Shown here in pieces: positions 13,833 through 28,137 of a stretch of DNA of 64,000 bases. The stretch is taken from positions 38,192,001-38,256,000 of the forward strand of contig NC_043009.1 in assembly GCF_006345805.1 (NCBI RefSeq), in the 5' to 3' direction. Under the pieces are notes generated by a model that saw nothing but the letters and a program-made list of their open reading frames with translations, ran no database searches and was not told the DNA's origin. Positions within the stretch are counted from its first letter, which is position 1, and each line of letters starts with the position of its first letter. The stretch comes from Octopus sinensis (Eukaryota). The position numbers and the translations under genes were made by a program.

Positions 13833-13908
<76 letters not shown>

Positions 13909-13929
13909 CCTACCTACCTATCTATCCGC

Positions 13930-14004
<75 letters not shown>

Positions 14005-14005
14005 G
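13575..14005. repeat. (TATG)n plus long (TCTA)n microsatellite
   Basis: Directly visible (SIYL ORFs). Confidence 0.97.
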
Positions 14006-15648
14006 TGATATATTATTAGCATGAGAGCGTTTACAGTTTCGTTTCTATTTCACTGGTTTTTAATTAATATTCGGTTTTTCCAAATCACAACAGTTCCTCA
14101 TATTTGTTATGCCCAGAATATTCTTCTTATGCTTATTTCACATTTTGCAGTTTCCTGTAACAATGCAATAGAAAGAATTTTTGCTTAAATGTCATTATTT
14201 ATGTTCAACCTGTCAGCTTGTTTCGTATCACACTAATCTTATTCCATCTTTGAGACATGGTTAGGCGAATATCGGAAGACATTTTGGAATACAAACGTGG
14301 CACGCTTTTGATTATAATATTAGTAACAAAGCTATTTCTCATAAACAAGAATTTACAAAATGCACAATAAATGCCAAGACTAAAAATAGGCCTTAGCACT
14401 CAATTTAAGAGTCCATAGATGCAAATCTAAGCTGATATATAAAATCATTATTGTTATAAATACGTTATAACTGAAAATTTTCGTGTTCGACAAAGCTTTT
14501 GCGAACTATTGAATAGCGAAAACTGAATGTATCGACATTTATATTTTCTTTGCTGTAGCTGAAAAGATATCCAGCTTCTGTGAAAGCTATTTTCCTATCG
14601 ATAAATATTAGTATGAAAATATATCATGTTTAAAGCGCAAAGAATTATCGCAAACGATATTCAAGATATTATTTGGGCATAAAAGTAAATAAAGCACATA
14701 TGGAAGGGGCACAATGAGTAATATTTACTGCATTCTTGACTTTGAGAAAAAGAATATATTTTACAAATGTCCACTACTTTACGAAAACTATATCAGCTAA
14801 GCATATGATCTTCCATAAATCCATTAAATCCCCTGAAACTTATTCAGAACACTATTTCAGAAAATATTCTCCATTCACTTTGAGTGTACAAAAGACAAAT
14901 TTAGGTGGACCAAAATGAGTAAGGCAGAATAAGGTAAATTTTGCTTCTTCAACTCTTCAGAATAACATTTGTAAAAAGACTCATACGTATTAATAGACAT
15001 CAGGAAGCTCAGAAATGTAGCAAATATTAAAAATATCTAGGTCAAATGAACGAGGATCAGGGAAAAATGACACATGATATGAAATTAACGAAACTCGACT
15101 GAATCTAAAAACTCAACATAAAATATTCCCTATAACTTCTTTATGATATGCTGAAGTGGCTCTCTTCCTGATATATTTACGCACAATCTCGTTAAAGAGA
15201 AGATATAATTTAAATTAGTCATTATTCATTTTGCCCCACTTTAGACATCATCTTTTGAAAACTGAAAATGATCAAATTAGAGACAAGTGTGGGAAAAATT
15301 GACCTGGTATCCAGCAGAGAAAAGAATATTGATTGTTAAACGCCAAAAATTATCTAGAAATATTATTAGCAATCTCAATTATAATCGGACCAAAGTTGAG
15401 ATGAAATTTCTTGAGAAAAGGGTGTAATTTGATAAGCTTTCTCAATTTGATCAGCGACAACTATGCTGTCCAGTTTTTATTCTCAAAGATGATGCAACGG
15501 AACAAAAAGGGTGATGCAACACTTGCAATACAATGGTTTCAAACAAACAAAAACAAAAAGAGCCCCCAAATTACCACAAAACACAAATTACCCATTTTAT
15601 CCCACTTACTATTTTGCTTCCCTTTCCTTAAAGAATTTCTCGAAAAAG

Positions 15649-16295
15649 GGCATATATACTCATTACCCGTTTTTGTGTTCGATTTCATTGTTTAAATTTG
15701 ACGTCTCGATACGAAAGGCTGTAGCAAAAAAAAATCAGTGCTAGCTATAGTTTCTGTTGAAATAATCTAACGCAGTAGAACGTGGTTTTGGCTTATAATA
15801 ACATTGAATATACTTTGTAGTGTATTATGGCTGCATAACGAAATGCCACTTGCCTACAAGTCATTAAAGTTTACATACCAGCACCAGGAATGCATTTGAT
15901 ATGTAAATTGGTATATCCAATAACTTAGCACCACTGTATGCGGTGGCTGTATAAGCAATGTGTTCGGAGGCGAAAATATGTTATATGGGTGCTGATGAAG
16001 GAGTAAACATCCCTGAAATATGGCATATACACTCATTACCCATTTCGTCTCCGATTTCATTGTTTGTGTACATCTAACGTCTAGATACGAAACGTTGCAG
16101 CAAAAAAAAACAACAACAAAAAAACAAAAAAAAACAGTGCTGGCTATACTTTTTTGTAAAAATAATCTTAACAAAATAAATGTAAAGAGCACTGCTAACA
16201 CAGTAGAACGTGCTGTTGACTTAAAAAAACACTCAATATACTTTATAGTATATTATGGTTGCATAACGAAATATCACTTGCCTACAAGTCATTAA
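15649..16295 (+). repeat. Diverged direct duplication (15649-15867 and 16022-16295)
   Basis: Shared blocks ggcatata..ctcattaccc, gatacgaaa, cagtagaacgtg and gcataacgaaat..cacttgcctacaagtcattaa. Confidence 0.8.
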
Positions 16296-16789
16296 TAAAA
16301 TGTAACGTTCCACAATGCTTTTTTTTAAAAGGAAATAAATATGTTTGTTCGAAGACAAGTAACTTTTCTTATATAGGATTTGCATTTGACAATCTAAAAG
16401 AACGAATCGTTTATTCTGGAAAGCTGGGTTTGCCTATAGGAAGAAATTATACTAATTAGAGCTTGGTGAATTCGATTATTGATAATTGCGTGTCATAGCC
16501 ACTGGCACTGTGCAGTTTCGATGATGAAATACTTACTGCAGACCTAACAGCTGCTTGTTATTATGTAAATTCTGATATCTCTATCTTAGTTAGAATACAC
16601 GGTAAAGTCTCTCACTTGTAATTTCTAAAATGACGCAGAAGCCCTCAAGAATCAACAGCTTCTCCAAGACGCTGTACATATGTAGAAACATTCCTTACAC
16701 TGAAGGGATTGTTAGAGATCATGGCCTGTGGATTAGTTATTTTAGTTCTCTTTGGGATGCGTTCAGGTTTATAGATAAATCATAAACTA

Positions 16790-17060
16790 GGCGCAAGAGT
16801 GGCTGTGTGGTAAGTAGCTTGCTTACCACCCACCTGATTCCGGGTTCATTCCCACTGCGTGGCAACTTGGGCAAGTGTCTTCTACTATAGCCTCGGACCG
16901 AGCAAAGTCTTGTGAGTGGATTTGGTAGATGGAAACTGAAAGAAGCCCGTCGTATGTATGTACATATATATATATATGGGGAGAGTTCACGAAAAAAACA
17001 ACAAAAGACGAAGACAGTATACAAAACAAAGAGATGTATTAGTATAACGCTCATATATGT

Positions 17061-17127
<67 letters not shown>

Positions 17128-17337
17128 TGTATATGTTTGTGTGTCTTTGTTTGTGCCCCCAACTTCGCTTGACAACCGATGCTGGTATATTTACGTTCCC
17201 GTAACTTAGCGGTTCGGCAAAAGAGAACGATAGAATAAGTACTAGGCTTGCAAAGAATAAGTCCTGGGGCCGATTTGCTTGACCAAAGGTGGTGCTCCAG
17301 CATGGCTGCAGTCAAATGCCTGAAACAAATAAAAGAT
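16790..17337 (+). mobile_element. SINE family A, full length
   Basis: Head ggcgcaagagtggctgtgtgg with B-box-like gggttcattccc, internal microsatellite, tail gcagtcaaatgcctgaaacaaataaaaga. Confidence 0.92.
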
Positions 17338-17746
17338 TAAAAAAAGAAAGAGATAGTAACTGCTATCGTGTTTCTAAACTTACGTTCACCCGTTAATGAG
17401 AACGACACAAGCGCTGGGAAAATGTGTGGCATACATTTTGTTCATCATTTGGATGGTATTTTATAGTTTTCTCGTTACTCGTATGGCTTTTATTGCGTAT
17501 TGGTCACTTGTATGGCTCTTTATGGGGGTGCTATGAGCCATGCTTGTACTAACACAATGTAATATGCTTATAAAATTTGTAACAGATATAACCACCCCAC
17601 CAAAAAAAAAAAAAAACTCGCTAAAACTAGTCACGTTTTTATTACGATTTTTTCATAGTTTTTCAGTAACAAACATGCTCTAACTGCTGGTCCACAAACT
17701 TACAGCTAATCTCTCTGCTTTTTTACTACTACTACTACTACTACTA

Positions 17747-17791
<45 letters not shown>

Positions 17792-17956
17792 ATGGCGTTA
17801 GCTCCTTGGAACTTTTTGGTTACGTGATAGCTCCACCCAGGCTATCCCGATTCGCTCGTCGTCTATATTGTGTCCCCTTCACTTACCTTGCACTAATCTC
17901 TAAGTCCAATCTTTTCTCCCCAGAGCAACACCGTTATAGAATTTTTTCCTTGCATC

Positions 17957-18359
17957 TTTTATCTTTTACTTGTTTCAGTCATTGCACTGTGACCATGTTG
18001 GGGCATCGCCTTGAAGGGCTTTTAGTCGAACAGATTGACTCCGGTGCTAATTTTTAAAACCTGGTACATATTCTTGGAAACTCTTCTGGCGAACCTTTGA
18101 GTTATGGGGACATGAACAAACTAACACCGGTTGTCAAGTTGTGGAGCGGAAAATAAGCTCAGAAACAAAAACACATGCGCATGTATTTATATACGGCGGG
18201 CTTCGACACAGTTTCTGGCAACCAAATTCACTCACAGATCAATGGTCGGCCCGGGGCTATAATAACAGAAACTTGCCGAAGGTGCTATGAAGTGGGACTG
18301 AAACCAAAATCGTGTGGTTCCAAAGCAAGCTTCTTAGCTACACAGCTGTACCTGCGCCT
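17957..18359 (-). mobile_element. SINE family A, older copy
   Basis: ttttacttgtttcagtcatt...gtacctgcgcct is the reverse complement of the family A ends. Confidence 0.8.
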
Positions 18360-18498
18360 AAATGTCTTCTTTGTAATTCTTCAAGAAGAATGTTAAACAC
18401 GCCAATGTCATCGGTCATGAAGAACCTTCAGAAGTTATAGAAACAGACTCCTCCTTTCAGATCATACTAAAAATAAAAGCAAATGAAATAACCTGTTA

Positions 18499-19011
18499 CC
18501 GTAAATCCTCGAGTATAGTCCGCCCTTGAGTATGATACGCAGGGGATTTTTAGGGGGCTGTACCTCTGAAAAACCTAAACCTTGTGTATAATACGCACCC
18601 CTTCTCTAACTTGAGTCAAGGAGGTCTATATAACGTCCTTGGTTTGTAAAAATGTATACGGTAACGTCCTTTATTATTATTGTATATATAACATAATGCA
18701 AACGTGTAGCTTTTTTGTGCATTTTGTTTGCAGAAAATAAAGAAATAACAGTAATAACATTTAATAAATGTTGCTTAATGCAAGTTATGGATGATTCTTT
18801 TATGACTTCATTGCTTTCAGGCTTAGCGTAAGGTATTTTCGCGCCCGACATCACAAAATGCGTCTGAATAAACATTGCCGGACAGCAAATAGAGACTCGG
18901 ACATTGCTTAGAAAATATTTTTCATTTTTTAACCTCGTATATAGTACGCACTAGGGATTTTGACCTTTAAATTTTGCGAAAAATATGCGGATTATACTCG
19001 AGGATTTACGG
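18499..19011. mobile_element. Tc2/pogo-like MITE, 513 bp
   Basis: 25-bp TIR CCGTAAATCCTCGAGTATA(G/A)TCCGC (24/25 match), TA dinucleotide on both sides, no ORF. Confidence 0.88.
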
Positions 19012-19135
19012 TAAATATCGTATAAAATTCTGGTTATTTCATTTCCTGATAAGAACAAATATTCCAGTAAACGTAAATACATGTGTTATGTTTCTTTTAC
19101 AGAAGTTCTTCCTTCATATCATTTAGAGTTAATGA

Positions 19136-19349
19136 AGTGGTGAGCTAGCAGAATCGTTACCACGCCGGGCAAAATAGCGGAATTTCTTCTGTCTCTTTAT
19201 GTTCTGAGTCCAAGAACCGTTTGGGCCAACTTTGCCTTTCATGCTTTCGGGATCGATACAATAAGTAAGCCAAATACTATAGTCGATGTAAAAACTGTAG
19301 CCGACTAGCCATCTCCTTCAACTCGCTAGCCTTGTGCCAAAATTTGAAA
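19136..19349 (+). mobile_element. SINE family B (tail variant B2)
   Basis: gagctagcagaatcgttaccacgccgggcaaaat...gccttgtgccaaaatttgaaac. Confidence 0.75.
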
Positions 19350-20290
19350 CTTCTTTCTACAGTAAATGAAGAACATTACATATATTACGACATAATTTCA
19401 AGTTCTTGCGAAGAGAATGTCTACAACATAAGCACAGCAGTATAGTAGCTACAATTACAGGATATTCATACGAAAGGTGACTAAAAACTGCTCCAATCTA
19501 CAATGTCTTTCGCTGAACACCTAAATCCTCGATCGCAGAAAATAATTTTATATGGTTTCCTCTCTATCAAATGAACGCATGATCTAGGCGATTGGTGTCT
19601 AAAACCATTACGAAGTTTTCTAAGATATACAATGCTTTGTTTTCTTACAGCTACGTAATTTACTGGAAAACTATATCAAATATATTATTGGTCTTTTCTT
19701 CACTATATTTTCACTGCTTCAAAAGAAGCTTATCATTGCAGCATTATCATGTAATACTTGCTAAAAGCAACTAATATTACATAAGGAGTTACCTTTGTTT
19801 TGGGATAGCATGTTTTCCTAATATATATATATATATCTGTATGTATAGTTATGCAAAAAATGTTCAAAAGTTAAAAAAAGTAGACACTCGTGTATTATGT
19901 AATACTGTGGGTATTTCATTTACACAGTATTATAAAAGCCGAATCTTATTACTAAATAGTTTCATGTTAAAAAAAAACCTTTCAAGTTTGTAATGGCCCT
20001 TTAGCACGAAACTGTTCCTTAACATGAATCGGCTGTTATGGTACAAAAGTTACAATGCTCCATAAATAATATATTTATGTGAGTGTGTGTGTGTGGAATA
20101 TCTAATTTATAATACAATGTAAAATACTATTATGTAATGTAATGTAATGTAATACAATATAATAAGATATATTATAATATAATATGATATAATATAATTT
20201 AGTATACTAAACTATAATATGATATTAGTATATATATATGTATATATACATACATATGTATGTATATATATATACATACATATATGTATG

Positions 20291-20328
<38 letters not shown>

Positions 20329-20820
20329 AGATACATATATGCATCCTTTTCACAAAGTAAGAAATTTAGCATAGAAGAAAATCTTTGTAAACGATGTAGA
20401 AGGAACTCACCAATAGATATGCAAATCTTTATACGTTTGCGTCTGAGCATAGGCGAATGTGTATGTATATGAATATGTTATACGTGTTTGCCATTGTGTT
20501 TATCAACAGTTGTTGTCTCGCGGTGCAAAGATTAGCAGATATAATTTTTAAAGACAAGACGCAAACGACGTTTAGTCACAATAATCACATCTCAAAAATG
20601 GTAATTCGGAAATCATATTAAAGACTTACATTGAAAATGACAGGACTAATCTTTCCAATAATAATTCATTTCCAAACATCTGTGGATAACATTGCAATTG
20701 ACAAAGATGAAAATAATGTTTAAACCATCATGAACCAGCATTCACAATATTTTACTTTATAAATAACTTTTCGAGGAGTGTTTAACTAATTCTCTTGTAA
20801 TAGCAATATATATATATATA

Positions 20821-20941
20821 TGCACACACACCGACACATATATCTAAACATAGACATACCTATTTATATATTATAGAAGAATATATCCACACGCACACAT
20901 AATATATATGGGTATGTCTATGTATAGATATATGTGTCAGT

Positions 20942-20984
<43 letters not shown>

Positions 20985-21055
20985 CACTGACACATATATC
21001 TAAACATAGACATACCCATATATATTATAGAAGAATATATCCACTCACACACACA
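20821..21055. repeat. Direct-inverted-direct triplication of a ~78-bp unit
   Basis: Unit at 20821-20898 and 20977-21055, with an inverted partial copy at 20899-20950. Confidence 0.85.
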
Positions 21056-21084
21056 CACACACACGCATGCTCGCTCGCGCGCAT

Positions 21085-21745
21085 CATGTAGAAAAGAAAG
21101 TCTGGTCGAATTTCAAGATGAGAAATAAATAAATGCTTCTTTTGGTCATGATTGATGTATTTAATCAAGATAATATTTCGCTTAGTAATTGATAACTTAA
21201 TATCCCATTTATTTAGCAAATTGTCGATTCCTCGGGCGTAAAATTCTTCAGGTTTCGAAAGAAAGCAGCACTCAATATCATTTTTAACCTCTTCACAATT
21301 TACAAACTGTTTTCCCTCGAAATATTGTTGCAATTATCTGCAAAAAATGATAGTCAGATAAAGTAAGGTTAGGATAGAAAGGCGAATGAAGCAAAACTCT
21401 CATATTTAGGGATATAATCTTTTCCTGAATGACTTGGGCAATATGCGATCTTGCATTATCCTGTAAGAGCAACAGCTCTTTATGAGTGAGCAATGAAAGG
21501 CGCGTTTTCTGAAAAGTTTTTTTCTACAATACTTCTAACCGACGACAATACTTCGCATTATTTACATTTGTTTTAATACTTCATGATGGCGGTCACCTTT
21601 TATATCCCACTAAACAGTGAGTATATCTTTTTCTGGGTGTAGTCCTTGTTTAGGGAAGGATTCTCCGGTTTCATTGTATGCTCTTTGTATGTTCTAATAA
21701 TATAGAGCCTAATTTTCATCAGTTGTGATCAATACCAGATTTAGG
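21085..21745 (-). mobile_element. Mariner transposase 3' fragment (pseudogene)
   Basis: Minus frames ITTDE.., LLLLQDNARSH, HSPFYPNLTLSDYHF and FEGKQF..EEVKNDIECCFLSKPEEFYARGIDNLLNKW. Confidence 0.88.
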
Positions 21746-22459
21746 ACAAATGAGGCCCTGTACTAGTTAAGTTATGAGGCCCCTTACGTGGACAGGGCCT
21801 CGTTGACCAGGGGCCCCTTACACCTAAGCACAATGGCAAATCCGTCACTGCTTATGATGATCCTACGCAGGAAAGGCTCTGTAGCAAGTCTCTTCTTTAA
21901 TGACGAGTAGAGGCCAACACTTTTATAAAGCCGAGAAGCAGCCAGAGGATGAGGGACCCACTGACAAGGTTTTACACCTTTCCTAGTTCATGAAGGTATT
22001 TTGATTCAAATGTGACTCGCATTGAACTGGTTTACTATGTCTCGAGCAGTATGCTTTGGAATTTCTTCAACTCTGGTTTTCAGAAACTGAATATTGGCAG
22101 AACTTGGTATGTCCGGACACTTAAAACTTCATTTACTTAGACAGAACAATTATTTCTTGTAGTTTCCGTTGCTGAAGAACAACTTTTGAATATATATGGC
22201 ATGCAGTGTTTGATACGGGTCTAATATAAACTCATTTTAAAAGGGGAGAATCGATACAAAATTAACCATTATAGTATAAAGCAATCCACAAAGAAAGAAA
22301 AAGAAATCTCATTAAAATGGAAAAAATTAAAGTTCATTTTATTGTAATTATCAAAAAATAAAGTACCCCAAAGTGATCATATAAGAAATGCAACAAGATT
22401 TTCGCCCAACCTAATACATACACGCACATTCACATACACGTGCGCGTGCGCATGGACAA

Positions 22460-22500
<41 letters not shown>

Positions 22501-22962
22501 GTCAATTCAAATAAACAAGCAATTCAAATAAAAAACGCAAACTACGAACGTGAGGGCGTGTACAGGAAATATATTAGCTTAATGCTCGGTGAAAGGAGAG
22601 AGTTTGACCTTTTGTGTATTGCGCTTCGTCAGAAAGGAGAAAGGGAAAAGTCGAAAGATGGAGAAGAAGTCGCTAACGGCACACGTGTAGTTTACAACCA
22701 TCAAATAATTACACACCCATTAAAACCTCATAGTAGAAAGCGTACTGACAGAGGTCGTTAGAATATCGGAGAGAATGCTGCTCGAAATTTGTTCAAACTC
22801 TATGTGTTCTGAGTTCAAATCGGAATAGATTGACATAAAAAATAAAATGTATCAATTCAAAAAGGCAAATAGACGGAACTTTGCAATAATTGTTCCGGTT
22901 GTATGTGTTCTGAGTTCAAAGCCTGCCTTGACCTACATGAGTAGAAGACACCATCTGCTGCC

Positions 22963-23168
22963 GCCGTTCAAGAATTTGGACCTGGAGATCTCCATTTCCA
23001 GCGACTTTGAGGGCCACCTCCCAGTGGTGTCGGGCGTCAACGAAGAGCCCTCGACTACAACAAGTTTTTTTTTCCAAGGTCTGGGGGTCTCCCGCCCTTA
23101 AGCCCTAGGCCATCACCTAATCTTGTTGCTTAACAACAACAAGAACAACAACAAGAACAACAACAACG

Positions 23169-23213
<45 letters not shown>
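22963..23213 (+). mobile_element. Unclassified 5'-truncated retroposon with (AAC)n tail
   Basis: GC-rich body, (AAC)n tail 23130-23213, 13-bp TSD accatctgctgcc at 22950-22962 and 23214-23226. Confidence 0.75.
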
Positions 23214-23214
<1 letters not shown>

Positions 23215-23547
23215 CCATCTGCTGCCTAGTTTAACAATATCAAGTGGTACCCTGTGTGATTTCACTGGAGCATCTTCTGTTACAAACATCGAAGTTTCGG
23301 ATTTAAGGATACCTATCTCTGATCTTACCACCCCTCTCGGATACCCTAGAAAAGGCTATCCCTCCCGACTAAAAGATTAAGAGTAAGCAAAAGCGAAATT
23401 TTGGTTAATTAATTAGTTGGACCTTCACCAATTCTGTGCTGCCTTCCTATATATTTCATTTCCAGCTCATCTCAGATTGTGAAATGATCCATAGTGACGT
23501 TCTTCTCCATTCTGCACCAACTCACCTCATCGTCGACATTACCAACA

Positions 23548-24084
23548 CCACCATCACCATTCCCACCACCACCATTCCCACCACTAGCCCCAGCAGCAGC
23601 ACTACTACTACCACCACCACCACCACCACAACCAATAACACCATCAGTGCCACGGCGACCAACAACAACAACAACAACATTACCAGCATCACCAGCTTCA
23701 CCGGCACTTGCACCACCACCACCACCACCGTCATATCCACCACCACCACCACCATCATCACCTCCACCACCAACACCACCACAACCACCACCACCACCAA
23801 CACCACCACCACCACCACCACAACCACCACCGCCACCACCACCACCACCACCACCACCACTACTACCACCACCACCACCACCATTACTACCTACACCTGC
23901 ACTACCACCACCACCACTACTACCACCACCACCACCACCATTACTACCTACACCTGCACTACCACCACCACCACCACACCACCACCACCACCACCACCAC
24001 AACCACCACCACCACCACCACCACCACCACCACACTACTACCACCACCACCACCATTACTACCTACACCTGCACTACCACCACC

Positions 24085-24116
<32 letters not shown>

Positions 24117-24335
24117 CAGTGGCACCGACAGAAGCTGCTGTAGTAACACTACCACCAACAAATTCACCAGCTCCAGCAGCATCGCCAGTACCACTACCAC
24201 CACCACCACCACCACCAGTCACTACCACCATCTTCACCAGCTCCCACCACTACCACTACTACCACTACCCATCTCCACCACTATCACTACTATCACTACC
24301 ACCACCACCACCACCACCACCACCACCACCACCTA
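23548..24335. repeat. Degenerate (ACC)n trinucleotide tract with a thrice-repeated unit accattactacctacacctgcactacc
   Basis: Directly visible. It is the source of the poly-T/P/H/G/V ORFs. Confidence 0.92.
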
Positions 24336-24808
24336 CTCCTTCCCCCCACCAACCAAAAGCTGTAATCTAGAAACTCTTCAAATAGTGTAAAAGAGGTCGC
24401 GTTCCAACTTACACTTCAGTGTCTATTCAGCCTCTCAGCCTCTAAAACTGTTGAACGGAATCACTCATTATTACCATCTGAAAAGCGTTCGTCTGCAAAG
24501 GAAATTCTTGCAAGACGTCATCAAGAGAGCAAAGAATAGTTTTCTGCTATGCACAACCCCTCACTAAACACAACCAGTGTTTTTTCTGGTTCCCTGATCA
24601 AGGAAATTTTTGTTTCTTTTTCGCCTGAACTTTTATGAGTTCTCCTATATATGCTGCTTCTCATATCCATGTCTAAGTGCAGTAGCTTTAGACTAAGCAC
24701 AGATCACAGATCACCATGACTTTTATTTCTTCAGAAGCAGCATGAAATAAATATTCTTATATTATCAGGTGAATGCTTATACTTTTCGAATTTTCAATAT
24801 GCATATGC

Positions 24809-24891
<83 letters not shown>

Positions 24892-24934
24892 TACACATAT
24901 ATATATACGTATATAATATTATAAATAAAACATA

Positions 24935-24992
<58 letters not shown>

Positions 24993-25837
24993 TTATATAT
25001 ATATATATGTATATATAATATATTATATATATTGTATAATATATTTTTATTATATGATATATATATTATATATATATAATATATGTATATATAATATATT
25101 TTACGCTCGAGTACTTTTTATGTATTTACGAATGTATAACCACTTATTTTAACACGCACGCGCTTGCACGCGCACACATTCGCTTGCACACGCATCGCAG
25201 ATTGAATTTATGGAAAAAAAGCCAAAAGAGACACTGTTCACATTGTTACTCTCAGTATTATAGATCTACATCCTCTGTCGAAACCATTGTTACCACTACT
25301 CTCGCTCGCCATCATATCATCAGCCTCGTCGTCATGCTCATCATAGTTGTCCTCACCCCTCCTCCTCTTCCTCTTCCTCCTCCTCTTCCTCTTCCTCCTC
25401 CTCTTCCTCCTCCTCCTCCTCCTCCCCTCCTGTTCTTCCTCCTCCTCGTCGACGTCGTCCTCGAAGTCATCATCATCCACTTATCTCACTGTCTACCTGT
25501 CCGTCCATCAATCAATCAATCCATCAAAATTCCATTTGACCCTCCGCAATCTTTCCTTTCCACTTTGCCCGGCTTTGCTTTTACGATATTATGTATTTCT
25601 CAAATAACCCTGCTCACGAATCTCAGTGCAGCTCAAATCAGACATCATTCACTAATCAACCATTGTCAATTAAACTTATTAGACATGAGTCATGAATCAA
25701 TCATAGCCATTTACCATTATTTTTAGCTTTAGTCGTCGGTCCAAACAGCTGACCTTCCCCAGAAAATGGTTTTAATACGCCAAACCACTCCACTAAAGAT
25801 TCGTCTGTCGTTTTAAATTATTGAATCTTTTTGAATG

Positions 25838-26361
25838 TATTAAGTTGTCAGATAAATTCGTTCTTTGGTTTTCCATTTATTCTTATCCTTATTTTTCGTC
25901 AACAGTTTTAATGAATGAATCAATAATATATTCTCCTTCATTGTTCATGACATCATGTCAGCGTTCCACTAAGTTGTTAACCGTTGACGGTAGAAATCAC
26001 CAGGTCTTCCCACGAAGAATTCATCGAGTCATGTTTACAGCGTCAAGCCGTTTTTGAACGAAACACCTTGCAGGTTGTTGGAGAGCGACCGAAAAGTCGA
26101 TAATCTGAAGGCAATATGAAAGGGGAATTCGGTAGGTTGTGGTAGAAATTCTCAACCAAATACCTCTTTTACTCTTTTACTTGTTTCAGTCAATTGACTG
26201 CGGCACTACCTTTAGTCGAGAAAATCGACTCCAGGACTTATTCTTTGGAAGCTTAGTAGTTATTCGATCGGACTATTTTGACGAACCGCGAAGTTACGGG
26301 GATGTAAACACACCACTATTGGTTGATAAGCAATGTTGGGGGGACAAACACAGACACACAA

Positions 26362-26448
<87 letters not shown>

Positions 26449-27040
26449 CACCTGAATATCGTTTTTAGTTACATTAGCGACGTGGTAGTGGGGAGCGTTG
26501 TCGTATCGAAGGAGCACGGCGTGACGCGGTGTCGTGGTTTTGGACCATCGAATGGAGGTAACAGGTGACGGTGTCATGAGAACATCACATCTTCTGGATC
26601 AATTCTCTATGGGACTGGAGCGGATTCTCGTGGATCAGTTCGCTCAATCGACTGTCATTGAACTGAACAGGTCGGCCGGAACGTAGAGATTCTGTGAGGT
26701 CGAATTTCCCTTCCTTGAAGAGTGAAAACCATTTCTGTACAGTTCTTTCGGTAATAGCGCCTTCTTTGCATTCAACACAAATGTCTCGAGTTGTTGTGAC
26801 AGCTCTGGAACCTGTGCTGAAACCAAAGTAATGTAGGTGTTGAAAAGGATAATTTTTTTTCTAGTTGTCACTCCATCTTTATATGTCTAAAAAGAAGTAA
26901 AATTTATTCAAATTTCCAAAACGGTAAACAAAAGCTGTAAAAGAAAAAAAAATCAAAAAAAAAAAAATCGATAAAATTAGTTTTCGTGTTAATTAAATAA
27001 CATTGGATATTAACGAGCGAATTTATCTGAAAACGCAATA
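25838..27040 (-). mobile_element. Internally deleted mariner, interrupted by a SINE A
   Basis: TIRs tattaagttgtcagataaattcgttc (25838-25863) and gagcgaatttatctgaaaacgcaata (27015-27040). N-terminal ITERTVQKWFSLFKEGKFDL..RSGRP, then VLLRYDNAPH, then PSDYRLFRSLSNNLQG...NNEGEYIID. Confidence 0.9.
26154..26450 (-). mobile_element. SINE family A 3' half, nested in the mariner
   Basis: ctcttttactcttttacttgtttcagtc...gggacaaacacagacacaca followed by (CA)n(TA)n. Confidence 0.88.
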
Positions 27041-27384
27041 TTCTTACCTCAAAAAGAAGAGATATACCAAATTATATTTTTCTGCTTAGTTTTCATAGTA
27101 ACAATTTTTAACTGACATTTAAAGCAAACAAACTTGAAGTGATGGTATTAGTCTATACCATAAACCCCAGTTTATGGTACTCTACAGTTTATGGTACTCT
27201 GGTACTCTTTTATCGATCTTAGCTGGATGAAATGCAAAGAGCGGGATTTGCTCTCAGAATGTACAGAGCCAAAACAAGTACTGTGAAGCAATTCTTTTTT
27301 CAATGCTCTAAAATTTCTGCCAACCACTCGTCCATATACATCCTCGTAATAATCCCGCATATTCTCACCACAAGGCTTGGAATT

Positions 27385-27745
27385 TTGGAGGAGGGGTCTA
27401 ATCGACTACAACGATCCCAGTGTCAACTGGTACTTCATTTTACCGACCCCAAAAAGGTTGAAAGGAAGGGAGGGAAACGACGGAATTTGAACTCAGAACA
27501 TAAAACCCGAAGATATACCTATTTCTTTACTACCCAAAAGGGGCTAAACACAGAGAGGACAAACAAGGACAGACAAACGGATTAAGTCGATTATATCGAC
27601 TCCAGTGCGTAACTGGTACTTATTTAGTCGACTCCGAAAGGATGACAAAAGGCAAAGTCGACCTTGGCGGATTTTGAACTCAGAGGCAGACGAAATGCAG
27701 TTAAGCATTTTTGCCCGGCGTGCTAACGTTTCTGCCAGCTCACCG
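27385..27745 (-). mobile_element. SINE family B dimer (full B1 followed by a second core)
   Basis: Head reverse complement cccggcgtgctaacgtttctgccagctcacc. Junction at 27519/27520. Confidence 0.85.
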
Positions 27746-28137
27746 TTTTTCCTTTACGTACCAATAAACCTAAAGTTTATATTAATATTCCGCACCCAAG
27801 AAATGAATATATCTACAATGTAAACTGTTTAAAAATCTTCATAACGTAGAATACTGATATGGCACCCACATAAACAAAAAAAAATGGCAGTCGTTCTTTA
27901 AGACAATAAATTCTTTAAAAAGAAATACGTTGCGCAGAATGAAATATTATCCGCGTAACTTTTGATCTCTAGACACAGACGTTTGTACAGGTTTATTGGG
28001 AATCATATTCCTTTTTCATTTACATCAAGTTCTCCTCCTGCCCATCTTCCTCACGGTGTTTCTGTCATTTCAATAAACATAGAATATAAACAACACAAGT
28101 GTTATTCGTCGTATGACCGGTTGCTTTGATAAAGTAT

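Noticed and set aside
23436-24390. Long ORFs (235, 298, 220, 194 aa) rich in Thr/Pro/His/Gly, suggesting a mucin, extensin or His-rich protein
   Set aside because: All frames on both strands are open because of (ACC)n. No splice signals or non-repetitive domain were found. The short VAPTEAAVVTLPPTNSPAPAASP stretch is compatible with repeat decay.
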